DNA of 59,542 nt from Oscillospiraceae bacterium (GTDB lineage Bacteria; Bacillota; Clostridia; Oscillospirales; UBA929), in NCBI GenBank assembly GCA_031549735.1, contig JAVBPF010000048.1, positions 1 through 59,542 on the forward strand, given 5' to 3'. A model generated the notes under the pieces. It saw only the letters and a program-made list of their open reading frames with translations, made no database searches and was not told the DNA's origin. Positions 44,368 to 55,913 of this stretch are shown one piece after another. Each line of letters starts with the position of its first letter. Within the stretch, counting starts at the first letter, position 1. The position numbers and the translations under genes were made by a program.

Positions 44368-44446
44368 GCCTGAATCCACCTCCCTTCACTTATGGGACGA
44401 GACAGCGGGGAAAAAGGTTACTTAGGTAACACTGATCTAATCCCTC

Positions 44447-44589
44447 TCAGCATCATGACGGCCTTTTTTCACCCTGATTGCGTTGCAAAAACTTGAAAGG
44501 CACAAAGCATTCCTTCGTTTTTGCGTCTTGCCAGTGCGCTAAGATTCTCGCCGAATCACCATGTCTTAATTGATCAGCGGTCACCCAGG
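44447..44589 (+). repeat. C-family intergenic repeat, full copy C2
   Basis: CAGCATCATGACGGCCTTTTTT...GCGTTGCAAAAACTTGAAAGGCACAAAGCATTCCTTCGTTTTTGCGTCTTGCCAGTGCGCTAAGATTCTCGCCG...TTAATTGATCAGCGGTCACCCAGG aligns along its length with 59267-59407. Confidence 0.8.
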
Positions 44590-44593
44590 TAGC

Positions 44594-44632
44594 AACAACG
44601 GCGTCAATCGTTTTTCGATTGACGCCGTTGTT
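44594..44632. other. 17-bp hairpin sharing its 11-nt arms with the hairpin at 42578-42611
   Basis: AACAACGGCGTCAATCG-TTTTT-CGATTGACGCCGTTGTT. It lies 77 nt 3' of murC on the minus strand and may be its terminator, although the U-tract is poor. Confidence 0.7.
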
Positions 44633-44708
44633 TGTCGAAGAAATAAGAATGAAGTTTCACGGTCAAAACCCCATTCGGGGTTTGCGCGTTTTTCCGGAAC
44701 AGATCACG

Positions 44709-46103
44709 CTACCGTGCCGCGACGGTCTGCTCTTTTTCGGCCCGTACCAGCAGGTCGGACAGCTTGCCGATGTCGCCGGCGCCCATGACCAGAATGAGGT
44801 CGCCTGGTTGGGTGGTTTGCGCCAAATGCTCAGCAATGTCGTCCATCGTCGGGCAGAACACCCCACCGGGCAGCGCGTCGGCCAGCGTACGGCCGGTCAC
44901 TCCGTATACATTTTTTTCGCGCGCGGCGTAAATTTCTGATACAATGACCTCGTCGGAGCCGCCCAAAACGCGCACAAAGTCGTTGAACAGCGCTTTGGTG
45001 CGTGAATAGGTGTGCGGCTGGAAGACAGTGACAACGCGTTTGGCGCCGATCTGGCGGGCGGCGTGTAAGGTCGCCTCAATTTCGGAGGGGTGGTGGGCAT
45101 AGTCCTCCACCACGCGCGCGCCGTGGAATGTGCCCTTGTCCTCGAAGCGCCGCTTGGCACCAGTAAAGCCGCCCAGACCGCGCGAAACCGCGTCGCCCGG
45201 CAGATCCAATACGTACGCGGCGGCGGCGGCGGCCAGCGCGTTGGAAACGTTGTGCCGTCCGGGCATCCGCAAATCTACATGGCACCAGTGTTTTCCGCGA
45301 ACCGTTACGTCGAACGAGGCGCATCCGCCCGGTTCGGTCAGATTCACCGCACGGACATCGGCCGACTCGGCCAGTCCGAAGGTGAGGATTTGGCGGGGCA
45401 GACCGGCCAACGCGTCCATGGTGTTTTTGTCGTCGGCATTGAGCAGCAGCGTTCCGGTTTCGGGCGGCGTTTTCAGCGCGAACTGCCGGAAGGCGTCGAG
45501 GATATCGTCCAGGTCGCGAAAGCAGTCGAGATGATCGGCCTCGATGTTGAGCACGACGGCCAGCGTCGGAGAGAAGTTCAAAAAACTGCGGCAATACTCG
45601 CATGCCTCCATGATGATGAGCTCGCCGTTGCCGACACGGTGTCCGCCGCCGATCAGCGGCAGCGCGCCGCCGATCATGACGGTCGGATCCTGCTTTGCCG
45701 CCAGCGATACATGGGTCATCATCGATGTGGTCGTTGTCTTGCCGTGCGTCCCGGCAATGCACAGCGCCTGTGTGTGTTCGCGCATCAAAACACCCCAGGC
45801 CTCCGCGCGTTCATAGACGGGCAGTCCCTGCCGGCGCGCCTCCACCACCTCGGCGTTGTCGTCCTTGGCGGCGGCGGTGCGGATGATGGCGTCGACGTCG
45901 CGGACATTTTGCGCGCTGTGTCCGAGCGTGACCGGAATGCCGAGCTCTTCCAGACGATCAGTGACCGGGCCGGATGTGATGTCCGAGCCGGAGACGGACA
46001 GACCGCGGTGGTGTAAAACCTCAGCCAGAGCGCACATCGACACGCCGCCGATGCCGATCAAAAACACTTTCATCCCCGGATGGGGCGCAAACGCACTTGG
46101 CAT
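44709..46103 (-). CDS. murC: UDP-N-acetylmuramate--L-alanine ligase MurC
   Basis: GIGGVSMCALAEVL, IAGTHGKTTTTSM and a Mur ligase C-terminal domain. GAGGAGG RBS precedes ATG 46103. Confidence 0.95.
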   Translation of the reverse strand: MPSAFAPHPGMKVFLIGIGGVSMCALAEVLHHRGLSVSGSDITSGPVTDRLEELGIPVTLGHSAQNVRDVDAIIRTAAAKDDNAEVVEARRQGLPVYERAEAWGVLMREHTQALCIAGTHGKTTTTSMMTHVSLAAKQDPTVMIGGALPLIGGGHRVGNGELIIMEACEYCRSFLNFSPTLAVVLNIEADHLDCFRDLDDILDAFRQFALKTPPETGTLLLNADDKNTMDALAGLPRQILTFGLAESADVRAVNLTEPGGCASFDVTVRGKHWCHVDLRMPGRHNVSNALAAAAAAYVLDLPGDAVSRGLGGFTGAKRRFEDKGTFHGARVVEDYAHHPSEIEATLHAARQIGAKRVVTVFQPHTYSRTKALFNDFVRVLGGSDEVIVSEIYAAREKNVYGVTGRTLADALPGGVFCPTMDDIAEHLAQTTQPGDLILVMGAGDIGKLSDLLVRAEKEQTVAAR

Positions 46104-46332
46104 AAAAGGCCTCCTCGTTTTAGATGTCAGGAGTCAGGAGTCAGGGGCAGAGAACAGATCGTCGGGAAAAGTCCTTTCGACAGCCTGAGGAGTCAGATCG
46201 CAGTCTCTCTACTATATAATATATTAAGCGAAAAATAAAGGGATATACAAAAAAGAGAAAAATTTCCGAGTTCCCCGTGAATCAGCGCTTGCCCAAGGTT
46301 GTCTTGACGAAGGAGAAAAGGGGAGAGCATTT

Positions 46333-47598
46333 GTGGTTTCCGTGCCTGCGCCTGTGATGTCGGTGCTCGATGTCTTGCGGCGGAACAGTTATGCAGCCTA
46401 TCTGGTTGGCGGCTGTGTGCGCGACGGTCTGATGGAGCGCGTCCCGACTGACTGGGACGTGGCCACGTCGGCGCGCCCCGAGGCGGTGTGCAACTTGTTT
46501 GCCCGCACCTTTCCGCTGGGACAGCGGTTCGGCACGGTGGCCGTTCTGATCGAGGGCACCGCCGTCGAGGTGACCACCTTCCGGCGGGACGGGACGTACC
46601 ATGACGCGCGCCGACCCGATCGCGTCGATTTTGTGGACGAGCTTACCGAGGATTTGGCGCGCCGCGACTTCACCGTCAACGCCATGGCCTGGAACGCCGA
46701 AGAGGGATTGGTCGATCCGTTTGGCGGACAGGATGATCTGCGGCTGGGTGTCCTCCGCTGCGTGGGGGAGGCCGAGCGGCGTTTCTCGGAGGACGCGCTG
46801 CGCATGCTGCGGGCCTATCGTTTTGCGGCGCAGCTTGGGTTTTCCGTCGCGCCCGAAACCGAGGAGGCCATCCGGGTTTGCGCGCCGCTGTGCCGGCAGC
46901 TGTCGGTCGAGCGGGTGCGCGACGAGTGGCAGAAGATGATGCTCTGTCAGGGGTTCTCCGAAATGAACCGGGCTGTTTCGGCCGGGCTGTTGGACAGATT
47001 TTTCTCAGCGACCGCGCCGGATTTTGCGCCGCTGGCCGTGGTGACGGTTGCGGTGACCGCGCCGGACAGCAAGGATGACCCAACCCTGCCCGCAATGTGG
47101 GCGTGTGTGGCGGCGCTGATGGAGCGGCAGGGACAACCGGCAGCGGCGTTCCTGCCGCGCTGGAAGTTACCGAAGCGCACACAACAGGCGGCCTGTGCCG
47201 GGGCAAGACTAGCGCTGGAGATGAGAACGTGTGATCCCGCCGACATCACGCCGACCGATTGGCGTCGAATGTGCGCACAGCATGGCATCGCGGCGGGGCT
47301 GTGCGCGGCCGGTGCGCTGGATGTTTTGCGGGCGGAGGAGAAGAGCGCGTCGCCCGTGTACGCCTTGGCCGCGCTGTGTGCGGTACTGGAACCCCGGCCC
47401 TGTCTGACGGTCGGCGCGCTTAAGTTGGACGGACGTGCCCTGATGGACATGGGATTTTCCGGTTCATCGATCGGACAGGTACAGCGATGGCTGCTTCAAC
47501 AGGTGCTTGATCGTCCGCAGGACAACAATGAGGGCGTTTTGCGCCGCTTGGCGTGGGAAATGCGGGCGAAAAATCAGGAATCCGGCGTTGTGCATTGA
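46333..47598 (+). CDS. cca: CCA-adding tRNA nucleotidyltransferase (poly(A) polymerase family)
   Basis: AYLVGGCVRDGLMERVPTDWDVATSARPE...FGTVAVL...EVTTFRRDGTY.DARRPD...RRDFTVNAMA. Confidence 0.88.
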   Translation: MVSVPAPVMSVLDVLRRNSYAAYLVGGCVRDGLMERVPTDWDVATSARPEAVCNLFARTFPLGQRFGTVAVLIEGTAVEVTTFRRDGTYHDARRPDRVDFVDELTEDLARRDFTVNAMAWNAEEGLVDPFGGQDDLRLGVLRCVGEAERRFSEDALRMLRAYRFAAQLGFSVAPETEEAIRVCAPLCRQLSVERVRDEWQKMMLCQGFSEMNRAVSAGLLDRFFSATAPDFAPLAVVTVAVTAPDSKDDPTLPAMWACVAALMERQGQPAAAFLPRWKLPKRTQQAACAGARLALEMRTCDPADITPTDWRRMCAQHGIAAGLCAAGALDVLRAEEKSASPVYALAALCAVLEPRPCLTVGALKLDGRALMDMGFSGSSIGQVQRWLLQQVLDRPQDNNEGVLRRLAWEMRAKNQESGVVH

Positions 47599-47642
47599 GC
47601 GCGTGTCTGGTACAATATTATGAACAAAAAAACAGGAGGGCT

Positions 47643-48899
47643 ATGATTATGGCCGTGATTGCCCCATTTCGCGCGCTGCGGTATGACACCAAGACTTCCG
47701 GGTCGCTCCGTGAGCTGACCTGCCCACCCTATGATATCATCTCTCCCAAGGCGCAGGCCGAACTGGAGAGCGTCAACCCGAGAAACGTCATCCGGTTGGA
47801 GCGCCCGCTGGGAGAGAACTGCTATCAGAAAGCGGGCGAGACCCTGCGCGCCTGGCTGGACGAGGGCGTTCTTAAGCCGGACGATCAACCGGCCTATTAC
47901 CTCTATCGGCTGGATTTCGAGACCGACGGCAAGCCTGATTCCATCTATGGCTTTTTTGCACGGGTGCGTGTGGAGGATTTCGAGACCGGTGTGATTCGGC
48001 CGCACGAGGAGACGCTGTCCAAGGACAAATCTGACCGCTTGAATCTGATGCGTGAGACGTTGTGCAATATCAGCCCCATCTATGGGCTTTACAGAGATGA
48101 CACCAGAAACGCCGCGACACTCATGGAGCGCGTGATGCAGACACCGCCGCTCGAGAGCTTTACCGATGCCGACGGTGTGACGCACAGCCTGTGGATGCTC
48201 GACGGCACGGACGACACCGAGGTGCTGACGCGCGCGCTTACCGATCAGAGTATCCTCATCGCCGACGGGCACCACCGGTATGAGACGGCGCTGGCCTTCC
48301 GTGACGAAAAAAATCCAGAGCGTCTGGTCGACCATCCGGCCAACTTCTGCCTGATGTTTTTGGCCGAGCTTTCCCATCCGGGGCTGGTGGTCTGGCCGAC
48401 ACACCGTCTGCTGCGAGATCTGCCCGCGTTCGAGCTTGCCTCGGTGCTTGCCTCGCTTGAAACACAGTTTAAGGTTGAGGCGCTGCCGTCCGACGCGGCG
48501 CGCCGGAATGTACCGGCCGGTTCGGTGGTGTTGTACGCCGACCAAATGGCTTATCGGCTGACGCCGCTGGATGCTAAAACCATCGAAAGGGCGCTGCCCG
48601 ACCGAAGCGCGGCCTATCGCGCGTTGGATGTCGCCATGCTGCACAGCCTGATTTTGGAGCCCTTCTTCGGCATTGACAAGAAAAACATGGCCGACCAGAA
48701 AAATTTGATTTACACGCGAGACCTGAATGAAGCCATACAGGGCGTCGATGCGGGCGATTTCCAGTGCGCCTTTTTGCTGGCGTCCACGCCGGTGTCCAGC
48801 GTGGGCGATGTGTCGGCGTCGGGCGAGCGTATGCCGCAGAAATCCACGTATTTCTACCCCAAGCTGACCACCGGATTGGTCATCAACCGGTTGGTGTAG
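47643..48899 (+). CDS. DUF1015 family protein
   Basis: IAPFRALRYD...LTCPPYDIIS...IRPHEETLSKDKSDRLNLMRET..NISPIYGLY...IADGHHRYETAL...MPQKSTYFYPKL are DUF1015 hallmark strings. Confidence 0.85.
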   Translation: MIMAVIAPFRALRYDTKTSGSLRELTCPPYDIISPKAQAELESVNPRNVIRLERPLGENCYQKAGETLRAWLDEGVLKPDDQPAYYLYRLDFETDGKPDSIYGFFARVRVEDFETGVIRPHEETLSKDKSDRLNLMRETLCNISPIYGLYRDDTRNAATLMERVMQTPPLESFTDADGVTHSLWMLDGTDDTEVLTRALTDQSILIADGHHRYETALAFRDEKNPERLVDHPANFCLMFLAELSHPGLVVWPTHRLLRDLPAFELASVLASLETQFKVEALPSDAARRNVPAGSVVLYADQMAYRLTPLDAKTIERALPDRSAAYRALDVAMLHSLILEPFFGIDKKNMADQKNLIYTRDLNEAIQGVDAGDFQCAFLLASTPVSSVGDVSASGERMPQKSTYFYPKLTTGLVINRLV

Positions 48900-48903
48900 C
48901 GCG

Positions 48904-50139
48904 ATGGAATGGTTGCTGACGGGAGGCCGGGTCGTCGATCCGGCCTCGGGGTTGGACGCGATCGCCGATGTACATATTCGTGCGGGCAAAATTGCCGGTA
49001 TCCGTGTTGTGCCACGGGGAGAGCCGACTCATGTACCGCAGGGGACGGAAGAGTTTCAGGTCATGGATGTTTCGGGGCTGGTTGTCGCGCCTGGACTTGT
49101 TGACCTACATGTCCATCTCCGCGAGCCGGGACAGACCCATAAGGAGGACATCGCGTCGGGCACACGCGCGGCGGCGCGCGGCGGTGTGACCACGGTGCTG
49201 GCCATGCCCAACACCGTGCCTGTCATCGACACGCCCGAACGGGTGCGTGGAGTGTTGGCGAGCGCCGACCAAACGGCGGCGGTGCGGGTATGCCAGGTCG
49301 GGGCGGTAACCAAGGGACAACGGGGCGAGAGGCTGACCGACTTCGCGGCGCTGAAGGAAGCGGGCGTCACGGCGCTGTCCGACGACGGGCATCCGGTCGC
49401 ATCCGACGCGCTGATGGAAGAAGCCATGAGACAGGCACAGGAACAAGGCCTGCTACTCATCGACCATTGTGAACCCGAGACGGCGCAGGTCAAACGGGAC
49501 ATTGAGCTTGCGCGCCAAACCGGCTGCCCGATCCATCTGGCGCATTTGAGCCGGGTGGCGTCGCTGTCGGCGGTTCGCGCGGCCAAGCGGGAGGGATTGC
49601 CCGTCACGGCCGAGACCTGTCCGCATTATTTTTTCTTCACCGAGCGTGCGACCGAGCGTATGGGCGCCAAGGCCAAGATGAACCCGCCGCTGGGCGCCGA
49701 ACTCGACCGCCGGGCCGTCATCGAGGCGGTGTGCGACGGCACGCTGGACATCATCACGACCGATCACGCGCCGCACCACGAGTCGGAAAAGACACTGCCC
49801 TTCGCACAGGCGCCCAACGGCATCGTGGGATTGGAGACGCTACTGTCCGCCGGGCTCACCGCGTTTGTTCACACCGGTTTGCTGACGCTGCCGCAGTTGC
49901 TGGCGCGCATGACCGTCCGACCGGCCGAGATTTTGGGCGCGTCGTGCGGTCGACTGGAGGAGGGCGCTCCCGCCGACCTGATTGTTTTTGATCCGGACGG
50001 GGTGGCGCCGGTGCGTGTTGAGGACTTCGCCTCCAAGGGACGCTATACGCCTTTCGAGGGCATGGCATTGCGGGGCATGGTAAAAACTGTATTCGTTTCA
50101 GGGAAAGAGGTTGTGTCGCAGGGGCGGCTTGTGGTATAA
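48904..50139 (+). CDS. pyrC: Dihydroorotase
   Basis: VAPGLVDLHVHLREPGQTHKEDIASGTRAAARGGVTTV...TDHAPH are metal-binding motifs. Confidence 0.93.
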   Translation: MEWLLTGGRVVDPASGLDAIADVHIRAGKIAGIRVVPRGEPTHVPQGTEEFQVMDVSGLVVAPGLVDLHVHLREPGQTHKEDIASGTRAAARGGVTTVLAMPNTVPVIDTPERVRGVLASADQTAAVRVCQVGAVTKGQRGERLTDFAALKEAGVTALSDDGHPVASDALMEEAMRQAQEQGLLLIDHCEPETAQVKRDIELARQTGCPIHLAHLSRVASLSAVRAAKREGLPVTAETCPHYFFFTERATERMGAKAKMNPPLGAELDRRAVIEAVCDGTLDIITTDHAPHHESEKTLPFAQAPNGIVGLETLLSAGLTAFVHTGLLTLPQLLARMTVRPAEILGASCGRLEEGAPADLIVFDPDGVAPVRVEDFASKGRYTPFEGMALRGMVKTVFVSGKEVVSQGRLVV

Positions 50140-50240
50140 TACCTTGATATTTTCGGGACGGGTTGCCGGGCCGTCGGGACGGCTTGCCAACCGTTTGCCC
50201 GGTGAACCATTCTGATTGCGCTGGCGGGGGAGGGAACGCT

Positions 50241-51161
50241 TTGGGAATTGACCATCTGATCGAACGCATTCGCGAGAAGAAAACGCCCATCGCCGTGGGG
50301 CTTGACCCCAGACTGGACATGGTGCCGTCCTTCTTGCTGGACAATGCGGTCGCCCAAAAGGGCGAGACGTTGGAGGCGGCGGCCGACGCCGTGTACGCGT
50401 TCAATTACGGCATTTTGGAGGCCACGCACGATCTCGTGCCCTGCGTCAAGCTCCAGTCGGCCTGCTATGAGGCGCTGGGGTATCACGGCGTTCGGGTATT
50501 CGAGGAGACCTGTAAGCTGGCCCGTGAGCATGGTCTGTATGTCATCGCCGACGCCAAACGCGGCGACATCGGCTCGACCTCCGAACTGTACAGCGCGGCT
50601 TTTCTGGGGCGCGTCAAGGTAGGTCAAAGCGAATTCGCGCCGGTCGACGCAGACGCGCTCACCGTCAACCCCTATCTGGGCTCCGACAATGTAAAACCGT
50701 TTCTGGCCGACTGCGAGGCCTATGACAAAGCTATCTTTGTGCTGGTGCGCACGTCCAACAAGTCGTCGCGCGAACTGCAGCTGCTGATGACCCCCGACCG
50801 TCCGCTGTTTCATGCCGTGGCCGAGCTGTGCCGCCTCTGGGGCAAGCCGCTGATCGGTTCATACGGCTATTCGTCGGTGGGGTTTGTGGTGGGCGCCACC
50901 CATCCGCGTGAAATGGCCGAGCTTCGCGCGCTTTGGCCGGAGGCCTTTTTCTTGGTCCCCGGGTATGGCGCGCAGGGCGCCGACGCCCGCGACTGTTCTC
51001 ATGCCTTTGACGAGCTGGGCCGCGGCGCGATCATCAATTCGTCGCGCGCCATTTTGCACGCCTGGGGCAAGGCGAATGAGCCCGACCGCTTCAAGGAGGC
51101 CGCCCGCGCCGAGGTGCTCAACATGCGCGAGGCGCTGAGCCGCCACATCAATTGTCTCTAG
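50241..51161 (+). CDS. pyrF: Orotidine 5'-phosphate decarboxylase (long, type 2)
   Basis: IAVGLDPRLDMVP...VIADAKRGDIGSTSE...LTVNPYLGSD. GGAGGG lies 6 nt before TTG 50241; the ORF-track start at 50163 has no RBS. Confidence 0.88.
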   Translation: MGIDHLIERIREKKTPIAVGLDPRLDMVPSFLLDNAVAQKGETLEAAADAVYAFNYGILEATHDLVPCVKLQSACYEALGYHGVRVFEETCKLAREHGLYVIADAKRGDIGSTSELYSAAFLGRVKVGQSEFAPVDADALTVNPYLGSDNVKPFLADCEAYDKAIFVLVRTSNKSSRELQLLMTPDRPLFHAVAELCRLWGKPLIGSYGYSSVGFVVGATHPREMAELRALWPEAFFLVPGYGAQGADARDCSHAFDELGRGAIINSSRAILHAWGKANEPDRFKEAARAEVLNMREALSRHINCL

Positions 51162-51216
51162 AATTGCCATCGTGAGCCGCTCTCACGAAGTTCGAGATAG
51201 AATGGAGTCACAGCCT

Positions 51217-52290
51217 ATGTCCAAAGCCATATTACTGTTACAGGACGGCACCCGCTTCGAGGGAGAGGCCTTCGGTGTTCCCGGCGTTTCGGTGGGACAG
51301 CTCCGTCCCTTTACCGGCATGGCCGATTATCTGGGGCTGCTGACCGACCCGGCTTCCAGCGGGCGCATCTACTGCATGACCTATCCGTCCATCGGCAACT
51401 ACGGCGTCAACACCGAGGACTGCGAGTCGGGAAAGGTGTACGCCCGCGGACTCATTGTCCGGGATATCTGTCCGACGCCGTCCAATTGGCGCTCGGTTGA
51501 GACGGTGGACTATTTTCTGAAACGCAATCTGGTATCGGCCATTTCGGGCATCGATACGCGCGCCCTTACGCGTCATCTGCGCCGGAGCGGCCCGCAAAAC
51601 GCGGCCATTTGCACCACACCCGGCTTCACCGGTTGGCAGGCGCTGTCCTTCCAGATCGCGCAGTATGAGCCGGAGTGCGCCTATCCGGCGGCGGTGAGCG
51701 AGCCGACCACCGTGCGGATGGTCAAGGATCCGGTGTTCAAGGTCGCGCTCTGCGATTTTGGCTCATCGCGCAAGCTGTCGCTGCTTCTGGCCCGCCTGGG
51801 TCTTGAGATTACCCTGCTGCCTCCCGACGACTGCTTTGCCCGTGTCGCCGCGGGCGATTATCACGGCCTCGTGCTGCCTGACGGGCCCGGTGAGCCGGGC
51901 GACCAGGCGTTTCTGGACGGGCTGCACGGTGTTATGGCGTCCGGTCTGCCTGTTTTGGGGCTGGGGCTTGGTTTTCGTTGCCTGCTGGCCGCCGAGGGTT
52001 TTCAGGAGGAAGTCCTGCCCTTTGGGCACTGGGGCGCCAATCAGCCGGTGTTCGATCACCGCTCGGGGCGCACCGCCATCACGCGGCAGATGCATGACCG
52101 GGCGATGCAGCCGGAGAAGACCGACAAGTCGCGCTGCGACATCATCATGACCAACGGCAACGACCATACGGTCGAGGGCCTGGCGTGGAAGAACGCGCCG
52201 GTGCTGGGCGCCTATTATCAGCCCGCGTCGCTTTCCGCCGCGGCGGGCGGACATCTGCTCAACGAGTTCTGTTCGCGGATGAAGCGCTGA
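51217..52290 (+). CDS. carA: Carbamoyl-phosphate synthase small subunit homologue with a degenerate glutaminase active site
   Basis: The N-terminal CPSase_sm_chain region (MSKAILLLQDGTRFEGEAFG...TYPSIGNYGVN...GLIVRD...ISGIDTRALTRHLR) is conserved. The GATase motifs G-x-C-x-G-H-Q and H-P-E are replaced by GLGLGFR and YQPA. Confidence 0.85.
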   Translation: MSKAILLLQDGTRFEGEAFGVPGVSVGQLRPFTGMADYLGLLTDPASSGRIYCMTYPSIGNYGVNTEDCESGKVYARGLIVRDICPTPSNWRSVETVDYFLKRNLVSAISGIDTRALTRHLRRSGPQNAAICTTPGFTGWQALSFQIAQYEPECAYPAAVSEPTTVRMVKDPVFKVALCDFGSSRKLSLLLARLGLEITLLPPDDCFARVAAGDYHGLVLPDGPGEPGDQAFLDGLHGVMASGLPVLGLGLGFRCLLAAEGFQEEVLPFGHWGANQPVFDHRSGRTAITRQMHDRAMQPEKTDKSRCDIIMTNGNDHTVEGLAWKNAPVLGAYYQPASLSAAAGGHLLNEFCSRMKR

Positions 52291-52402
52291 GAAAACGGTG
52301 CGCGGCGGGTTGTCCGGAGGCGGCCGCGCTTTTGTGGGAAACTGAATCGCGGCGTCGCTTTGGCGCCGCGCCGACTTATACGGAGAGAAGGGTTAGGATA
52401 TC

Positions 52403-55579
<3,177 letters not shown>

Positions 55580-55583
55580 TTCA

Positions 55584-55825
55584 TGTAACGAAATGTTTTT
55601 TCGTTACGTGAGGGGGGATCTCGATCTGCGGATCTCGCAAAGAAATTCGATTGGGAAGTGAATCCCCAATCGAATGGATCACCATTCTTTTGCAAAAATC
55701 GGAAGAGCAAGAACCCAACCGCTGCGGCGGTCGGGCTCCGCGCGTTTTTTGCAAAAGGACGGGAGACGCGGCGAAGTAAATTCGTCTGCACAACGCAAGG
55801 AATGCGTGGGGTTGGATGCGTCGCC
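55584..55825 (+). repeat. A-family element copy A5 fused to a B-family fragment (B3), after carB
   Basis: GTAACGAAATGTTTTTTCGTTAC hairpin, GGGGATCTCGATCTGCGGATCTCGCAAAGAAA, ATTCGATTGGG-AAGTGAAT-CCCCAATCGAAT and CTTTTGCAAAAATCGGAAGAGCAAGAACCCAACCGCTGCGGCGGTCGGGCTCC...TTTTTTGCAAAAGGACGGG. This is followed by ...CGTCTGCACAACGCAAGGAATGCGTGGGGTTGGATG. Confidence 0.85.
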
Positions 55826-55913
55826 GAGTTGGAGATGTGGCCGCATTGGCAATCGCGCCAACACAGAGAGTGAACAATGTTTCTCAATGACAGCATTGAG
55901 GGAGGCTTAGCAC

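Noticed and set aside
46126-46147. The microsatellite-like GTCAGGA GTCAGGA GTCAGGG in the murC/cca divergent region.
   Set aside because: It consists of three short units only, with no flanking structure or recurrence elsewhere in the window. It is most simply slippage in a promoter or leader region.
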